Shown here: one piece after another, positions 58,734 through 64,000 of the stretch | How positions within the stretch are numbered: position 1 is the stretch's first letter | Layout: each line of letters opens with the position of its first letter | Sequence record: GU911519.1 | Reading direction: 5' to 3' (one strand) | Length of the DNA: 64,000 nucleotides | Origin: Acinetobacter phage Acj61 | The notes under the pieces: model-generated | Databases searched by the model: none | Seen by the model: the letters and a program-made list of their open reading frames with translations, nothing else | Told to the model about the DNA's origin: nothing | Made by a program: the position numbers and the translations under genes

Positions 58734-61700
58734 ATGGCTTTAGACCCAAACATCGGAAGAATTAAGTTTCTTCGTACAAAGACTATCGGTCGCAAACCGA
58801 CTACAAATGACATCCAAGAAGGCGAATTAGCTCTTAACCTTACTGATCGCACAATTTTTTCTCGTAGCGGCGATAATATTGTCGATCTTGGGTTTGGACG
58901 TGGCGGTAAAATTGAAGGTTCTATTACTGCTACTGGTGATATAACTTCGAATAATGCTAACTTCACTCGTGTGTATTCGACTAATTACTATTCACCAAAC
59001 AATTTCAAATTCTACACACCAAATAATGGTGCGCAGAATATTGTTGCAGGCGGCATAGGTGTCATGGGTGAGTATGCTAACGAAGGCAAGATTCCGGGTA
59101 ACGGCATCTACTCACAAGGACAAATCAAAAGTGATTCGTCTGTAACTGCTCCTTCATTTGTTGGCGAATTGACAGGCAACTCTGCAACTACATCAAAATT
59201 GAAAAATGCTGTTCGAATCAATAGTGTTCTTTTTGATGGTACTACAAACATCACAACTCCGGGTTATATCAACGTGATTGCTGATGACAATCTCACTATT
59301 CGTCCATCGCAATTGACTCCAGGCTCGTTAGGTGTTTATTTTGCTTCTATTGCTGGTCTAAATGGCGTAGCTGATAGTAATTTTGCAGACGTTTTAGCGA
59401 TCAACACATATAAAGACAATACAGGCGGCCTGTTGTCAGGTTTAGCATTCCCGAAAACAGGTCTACAAAACCCTATCCATTATCGCACAGATTATGGTTC
59501 AGCTACATGGGGCACAGGACGTCGTTTAGCATATCTCGATGATGACTCAACTGGTAACTCAGCAACAGCGTCTCGTTTGAATAAAACTACACGAATCGCG
59601 ACAGTTCAAGCGGTGACTTGGTATCGTTTAGGTAAAGTCACAATTCCACAAAACGGGCGTACTCTTGCTATTCGAATGTATGGCGGTGTCGGATACAATG
59701 GCTTGTCAAATCAATCCGCAGCAGCAACAGTCATTTTCAAAACTGGTAATGCTAACCCTGTTAACGCTGGCGTCGCTATGGACGTTCTCGACGGTACTTC
59801 AATTCCAGGACAAGTTGGGTTGCTTAAACTCGATGATAGCAACTATGAAATCTTTGTTCAATTTGGCGGATATTCAACATTCAACTGTGTAGTTGAAGAA
59901 GAAGAAGGTACAACGTGGACTTGGCAGTATGCTTCATATGCGACACTTCCTGCTGGCTTCCAAGCAGGTACAGTACGTGTTTTAGCACAAACTACAAGTA
60001 ACGTTTCATCTGCTACTCGCCTTCAGACTCCACGCACAATCAACGGTGTTAGCTTTAACGGTACTTCTGATATTACTATTGCGGATAATACTAAATTACC
60101 GTTAACTGGTGGTACTTTAACTGGCGGTTTAACTGCACCTAATCTTACGGTTACTGGTAGTACAAAATCTACTACGATTAATGCTAGTGGAATGGGTAAT
60201 TATTCCCCATCAGAGCAGGGCGCATACCTTTCATGGAATAGAAATAATGGATCGGGTAAAACTGACTTTATTAATAATAGAGGTGGTGGTCCAGGCGGTT
60301 TTGATTGGTGGAATGGAAACGAAAGTAGTTACACCCAGGTAATGACTCTAGACCAAAGCGGAGTATTATCAACTATAGGTGGTTTTAACGGTAATGCTAC
60401 TACTGCTACTAGTCTACAAACTGCAAGAACTATTAATGGCGTAGCATTTAACGGTACAGCAAATATCACTATTGCAGATTCCACAAAGTTACCAACGGCA
60501 GGCGGCACAGTTACAGGTGCATTGGCGGTTAATGGACTGCTGACGGCAAATGGTGGATTCAAAGGACATTATGTAGCAACTGACAACCGCGCTTTAGTGC
60601 CAAGTGCAACACCTAAAGGTGCGATTGGCGCCTATTTCACCTCGCAAGGTGGACTGACGGGCGCAGCCAATGCAGCCTATGGCGACCTGTTGATGTTGAA
60701 CTCCTACCATGACACATCAGGCGGCAATGCAAATGCTTTGTTCTTCTCCAAAGGTGGCAAGTCAATCTTTCACTACCAAGCATCGCAAGATGCAACAAGT
60801 TGGGGAGCCGCAAGTCAGCTTGCCTATGTGACCGACAATGTGGCTTCTGCAACCAAGTTAGCCACAGCCCGCACGATCAACGGTGTTAGCTTTGACGGTA
60901 CATCCAATATTACTATTGCGGATAGTACTAAATTACCGTTAACTGGCGGCACAATTACAGGCAGTTTAAATGTAAGCGATACAATCACTATTACAAATGT
61001 AGGTGATCAGGCAGGTGCATTTAAGAAACTTATTCAAGCTGATACTACTACGGATGGTGGATATCTTGCAGTAGGTAATAATGCTGCAGATAGAGGCTAC
61101 GTTGAAATCGGCACTATTGATGATGCGGATGCAGAGATTTATGCTTCGCAGCGAACTAGTGCAAATGCTGTAATACGTAGAGCAAAATTATTAGATGGTG
61201 CTGGTAATACAAGCTTTCCGGGCAACCTATCTGCTAACTCTTTGGGTGTAAACAACACCTCAAACTCAAGTGGTTTAGGTGTTTCGCTTTACGATGGTGC
61301 GACTGGTGGAATGCCTAGTTACGGTCTTGCGTTCTCAGGTACAGCAACCTTTGGTACGCATGGGGGTGTAGTTGGAGATTGGGCAACATACTTCACTATG
61401 AGCGGCGCGACAAACCGAGGGTGGATTTTCAAATCAGGTAATACAGCCGGAGGAAATGTTGCGTCTATATCAGCATCTGGCGTGATTACTGCACCTCAAT
61501 TTGTGGGCAATTTATCGGGAAATGCTGATACTGCGTCTAACGCTGTTGGTGTAGGTCAAAGCTGGTATGTTTATACTGCACCTACACGTGAGCAAAATAC
61601 CTTATACACTAATACAACAGGTAGAACCATCACGGTTTCTATTTCTTTGGTTGCTATGGGTAACTATACAATGACTGTTGATATCAACGGCACAGCTATG

Positions 61701-61838
61701 CAGGAACATGCGGTTAACACAAGCTCGAATAACGGCGGAATATTATATTTCCAAGTTCCACCAGGTCAAACGTACAAAGTTTATTTCACTAGAGCATCTA
61801 ATGCAACACCTTTTCTGAAATGGGCAGAACTTAGATAA
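58734..61838 (+). CDS. gp37: long tail fibre distal subunit gp37 (receptor-recognising)
   Basis: 1034 aa, versus 1026 aa for T4 gp37. It contains three ~40-aa repeats ATxLxTxRTINGVxFxGTxxITIADxTKLPxxGGTxTG. The C-terminal ~100 aa form a compact tip. No gene 38 follows. Confidence 0.9.
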   Translation: MALDPNIGRIKFLRTKTIGRKPTTNDIQEGELALNLTDRTIFSRSGDNIVDLGFGRGGKIEGSITATGDITSNNANFTRVYSTNYYSPNNFKFYTPNNGAQNIVAGGIGVMGEYANEGKIPGNGIYSQGQIKSDSSVTAPSFVGELTGNSATTSKLKNAVRINSVLFDGTTNITTPGYINVIADDNLTIRPSQLTPGSLGVYFASIAGLNGVADSNFADVLAINTYKDNTGGLLSGLAFPKTGLQNPIHYRTDYGSATWGTGRRLAYLDDDSTGNSATASRLNKTTRIATVQAVTWYRLGKVTIPQNGRTLAIRMYGGVGYNGLSNQSAAATVIFKTGNANPVNAGVAMDVLDGTSIPGQVGLLKLDDSNYEIFVQFGGYSTFNCVVEEEEGTTWTWQYASYATLPAGFQAGTVRVLAQTTSNVSSATRLQTPRTINGVSFNGTSDITIADNTKLPLTGGTLTGGLTAPNLTVTGSTKSTTINASGMGNYSPSEQGAYLSWNRNNGSGKTDFINNRGGGPGGFDWWNGNESSYTQVMTLDQSGVLSTIGGFNGNATTATSLQTARTINGVAFNGTANITIADSTKLPTAGGTVTGALAVNGLLTANGGFKGHYVATDNRALVPSATPKGAIGAYFTSQGGLTGAANAAYGDLLMLNSYHDTSGGNANALFFSKGGKSIFHYQASQDATSWGAASQLAYVTDNVASATKLATARTINGVSFDGTSNITIADSTKLPLTGGTITGSLNVSDTITITNVGDQAGAFKKLIQADTTTDGGYLAVGNNAADRGYVEIGTIDDADAEIYASQRTSANAVIRRAKLLDGAGNTSFPGNLSANSLGVNNTSNSSGLGVSLYDGATGGMPSYGLAFSGTATFGTHGGVVGDWATYFTMSGATNRGWIFKSGNTAGGNVASISASGVITAPQFVGNLSGNADTASNAVGVGQSWYVYTAPTREQNTLYTNTTGRTITVSISLVAMGNYTMTVDINGTAMQEHAVNTSSNNGGILYFQVPPGQTYKVYFTRASNATPFLKWAELR

Positions 61839-61845
61839 ATGTGGT

Positions 61846-61893
61846 AATCGTGTATCATTCATTATAAATATTTTTTTTAAATGATACACGATT
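61846..61893 (+). promoter_or_regulatory. 14-bp perfect inverted repeat AATCGTGTATCATT/AATGATACACGATT whose 20-nt loop carries a late promoter TATAAATA (61863-61870), directly 3' of gp37
   Basis: The structure was read directly. It begins 8 nt after the gp37 stop. Confidence 0.5.
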
Positions 61894-61936
61894 AAAAATT
61901 AAAATGAATACTCAAGACAACAAACAACTAACACGA

Positions 61937-61963
61937 ACGGGGCTCAATTGAGTCCCGTTTTTC
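61937..61963 (+). terminator. rho-independent terminator ACGGGGCTCA at TGAGTCCCGT + TTTTT
   Basis: The stem has 10 bp and 2 unpaired nucleotides in the loop and is followed by a T-run. Confidence 0.7.
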
Positions 61964-61964
61964 G

Positions 61965-61972
61965 TATAAATA
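61965..61972 (+). promoter_or_regulatory. late promoter TATAAATA for the holin t
   Basis: An exact octamer lies immediately after the terminator. Confidence 0.55.
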
Positions 61973-62037
61973 TTATCATAAGTCATAAGACTGTAACTAC
62001 CAAGTTAATCCTATCAACGCTACAAAAGTATATAACG

Positions 62038-62718
62038 ATGAGCACTGATAATAACCAAACACCAGAACAGAAAAACACAGGGATTCCAGTCTTCGACTTT
62101 ATCTTCGGACTCCTTGATCGTATTTTCAAAGACAACGCTACTGGTAAAATTTTAGCGTCACGTGTCGTCGTTCTAATTGTTTTATTCGCAATGGGTATCA
62201 TTTGGACCAAAGGTGACCAATATTTGGCACTGTATAAAGAGTCGAGATACGAGACCTACGCAGCTATAATGCAAAAAGATAAAGACGCACGATTCGAAAC
62301 TGTAGCATTAGAACAACTACAAATTGTTCACGTTTCAAGCGGAGCAGACTTTTCAGCTGTGTACTCTTTCCGCCCAAAGAACTTTAACTATTTTGTAGAT
62401 TTGATCGCGTATGAAGGACAACTACCCGCATCTGTTGACCCGAAGAACCTAGGCGGGTTCCCTATTGATAAGACTTCAAACGAATATAGTAAACATTTAT
62501 CTGGCTCTTCTTTCAGTAGTGAAAATGAGTTCAAATATTTGCCGACTACTGATCATGAAGTTGGAGTGAAGTACATGTACTCATGCCCGTATTTCAACAT
62601 GGACAATGTCTATTCAGGAACAGTCGCAATGTACTGGTTTTCGAAGCCAGTACATTCTGAAGAAAAATTAAGTGCGATCTGTGGTCAAGCGGTGAGGGCG
62701 TTAGGAAGAGCTCGTTAA
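62038..62718 (+). CDS. t: holin T
   Basis: 226 aa from the ATG at 62038, versus 218 aa for T4 T. FGLLDRIFKDNATGKILASRVVVLIVLFAMGIIW...YKESRYETY...RFETVALEQLQIVHVSSGADFSAVYSFRPKN...YMYSCPYFNMDNVYSGT aligns with T4 holin nearly residue by residue. The track N-terminal extension is rejected. Confidence 0.95.
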   Translation: MSTDNNQTPEQKNTGIPVFDFIFGLLDRIFKDNATGKILASRVVVLIVLFAMGIIWTKGDQYLALYKESRYETYAAIMQKDKDARFETVALEQLQIVHVSSGADFSAVYSFRPKNFNYFVDLIAYEGQLPASVDPKNLGGFPIDKTSNEYSKHLSGSSFSSENEFKYLPTTDHEVGVKYMYSCPYFNMDNVYSGTVAMYWFSKPVHSEEKLSAICGQAVRALGRAR

Positions 62719-62993
62719 GCAGTTTTGACAGTATTGGTGTACATGGCCAATTTGCGATAGATTGGTTCATGTCCCATGTTGAATTCTTCGATCAATTGTT
62801 TCTTCTGAGAAGTAGTGATTTCTTGAGTCAACATGTAAAGATTTGCTGAAGTAACTTTCTTGCCTTGGATTGTGATCTCAAGTTCGTTGAGATATGCAAT
62901 GAACAAGTTGTGGTTTTCAAGAATGTCATCAAAACCGAATTTGATTAAGATTGAAGCAACGGCAATGATTTCAGCTAAAGTATTGAATAACAT
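62715..62993 (-). CDS. asiA: anti-sigma70 factor AsiA
   Basis: 92 aa, versus 90 aa for T4 AsiA. IIAVASILIKFGFDDILENHNLFIAYLNE and YRKLAMYTN align with T4 AsiA IITVASILIKFSREDIVENRANFIAFLNE and YRYLEMYTN. Confidence 0.9.
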   Translation of the reverse strand: MLFNTLAEIIAVASILIKFGFDDILENHNLFIAYLNELEITIQGKKVTSANLYMLTQEITTSQKKQLIEEFNMGHEPIYRKLAMYTNTVKTA

Positions 62994-63023
62994 AATAAGG
63001 ATTCCTTTAAAATTGAGTTAGAG

Positions 63024-63665
63024 TTAAGCGGTTTCGATTAATGCATCGATGATGTTGACAATGTTGTCTTCAGTACATTCGATATCGAAATAAGTTTGAG
63101 CAGGTGTTTGTCGATATTTCATGCCAATTGATGCAAGTTTCTCGACAACTTTATCAGATGGTTTTCTACCAACTACTCGTACTTCGCCTTTGTTTTTGAT
63201 TTCGAGTGCTCCAACTGAAGAGATTCGTTTAGCAAATAAGATTAAAAAATTGCTTCGATCTACGACAGTGTTCTTCACTTCGATTTTGTCTGTTAAATAT
63301 TCGAGTGCAAAATCTTTGAACGCTTCCATACATTCATGAATTTCTCGTTTCTTACGAGTACCTTTAGCTTCAAGAAGTTCTGGTCGTTCTGATTCAACCC
63401 AAGCTTTTGCTGCAGCTTCGATTGCATCATCACCTTCAGGCGTTGTCAAGAATTTGTCTACAGAGATTTCAACCAGGTTTAACGCTGAGTTCTGCATCTT
63501 AGTTAGAGATGATATAACATCAATAACATCAGATTCGATGATATCTGCAATCATCTGAGGAGTCTGAAATGACTGTTTGTACAACTCTTTCAGAATTTTG
63601 TAATCCAATTCGACAAGTTGACCTTTATCTCCAAGGATTTGATTTAAGTAATCAATCTGCTTCAT
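63024..63665 (-). CDS. motA: middle-transcription activator MotA
   Basis: 213 aa, versus 211 aa for T4 MotA. It is adjacent to asiA as in T4. The N-terminal domain architecture and the C-terminal double-wing region are conserved at the pattern level. Confidence 0.75.
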   Translation of the reverse strand: MKQIDYLNQILGDKGQLVELDYKILKELYKQSFQTPQMIADIIESDVIDVISSLTKMQNSALNLVEISVDKFLTTPEGDDAIEAAAKAWVESERPELLEAKGTRKKREIHECMEAFKDFALEYLTDKIEVKNTVVDRSNFLILFAKRISSVGALEIKNKGEVRVVGRKPSDKVVEKLASIGMKYRQTPAQTYFDIECTEDNIVNIIDALIETA

Positions 63666-63746
63666 AATAATTTATCCATATTTGATTTGATAAGACTATA
63701 ATAACACAAGTCAAAGCGTTTGTAAACCGTTACATACCACAAAAAG

Positions 63747-63767
63747 GGACCAATTGGTCCCTTTTTA
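63747..63767. terminator. bidirectional terminator AAAAA GGGACCAATTGGTCCC TTTTT
   Basis: A perfect 6-bp stem (GGGACC/GGTCCC) with loop AATT is flanked by an A-run and a T-run. On the minus strand an early promoter-like element follows. Confidence 0.6.
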
Positions 63768-63768
63768 A

Positions 63769-64000
63769 TCATTTAGATAACTCATCTAAATCTTTTTCAT
63801 ATTCGATCTGAACTGTGGTCTCTTTCCAATAATCGAGTTCAGTTTTTGCGGCGTGTGCGGCTTCACGAAGACGAACAACTTCATCATCAGTCAAATGATA
63901 GAGATTCATTGCCAATAGTTGATCTTCAAAGCCTTGGAAAACCGAGATTTTCGAAAGTTCTTCTTTCAACTCAGATTTTTTCTTGCCTTTGATGACGGTC
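63769..64000 (-). CDS. 3' end of a larger gene that continues beyond the window (the frame stays open to position 64000)
   Basis: The track start at 63969 is a TTG. Manual translation shows no stop up to the window edge. By T4 synteny it could be gene 52, but this is unverified. Confidence 0.35.
   Translation of the reverse strand, partial: TVIKGKKKSELKEELSKISVFQGFEDQLLAMNLYHLTDDEVVRLREAAHAAKTELDYWKETTVQIEYEKDLDELSK

Noticed and set aside
61904-61951. 15-codon mini-ORF MNTQDNKQLTRTGLN between the gp37 hairpin and the terminator
   Set aside because: It is too short. It has no convincing RBS and its 3' end is formed by the terminator stem. It is likely non-coding leader sequence.

Overview
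This window is a contiguous block of a T4-like (Tevenvirinae-type) myovirus genome at about 39-40 % GC. The plus strand carries an almost completely syntenic late structural module: gp9 (partial) -10-11-12-wac-13-14-15-16-17-18-[HNH]-19-20-67-68-21-22-23-24, then uvsW, 51-27-28-29-48-54-alt, and the tail-fibre block 34-35-36-37-t. The minus strand carries early and middle genes: ligase gp30, gp31, cd, pseT, rnlA, nrdB, nrdA, td, frd, gp32, gp59, gp33, dsbA, rnh, asiA and motA, plus many small hypothetical ORFs. Identifications rest on direct similarity to T4 protein sequences recalled from memory (for example gp19, gp20, gp32, gp59, gp33, DsbA, RNase H, holin T, AsiA, gp30, cd, gp31 and UvsW align residue by residue), on gene lengths that match T4 within a few codons, and on conserved motifs. 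Regulatory syntax is also T4-like. Exact TATAAATA late promoters sit in front of the late genes. A repeated element of about 45 bp, read on the minus strand as GTTTAC, then 17-18 nt, then TATAAT inside a GC-clamped palindrome, sits in front of the minus-strand early genes. GC-clamped tetraloop hairpins act as terminators. Several points depart from T4. gp27 carries an extra C-terminal CHAP/NlpC-P60-like cysteine-peptidase domain of about 135 aa. An HNH homing endonuclease with its own late promoter is inserted between gp18 and gp19. Gene 38, denA with the nrd-region homing endonucleases, alc, uvsY, rnlB/hoc/inh and the td intron are all absent. The slot after gp24 holds a tandem pair of Trp-rich paralogs, a NADAR-like protein sits beside the ligase, and gp37 contains near-identical 75-nt internal repeats. 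Six of the gene starts listed in the supplied ORF track use TTG or GTG codons or include spurious N-terminal extensions; corrected ATG starts are given below.
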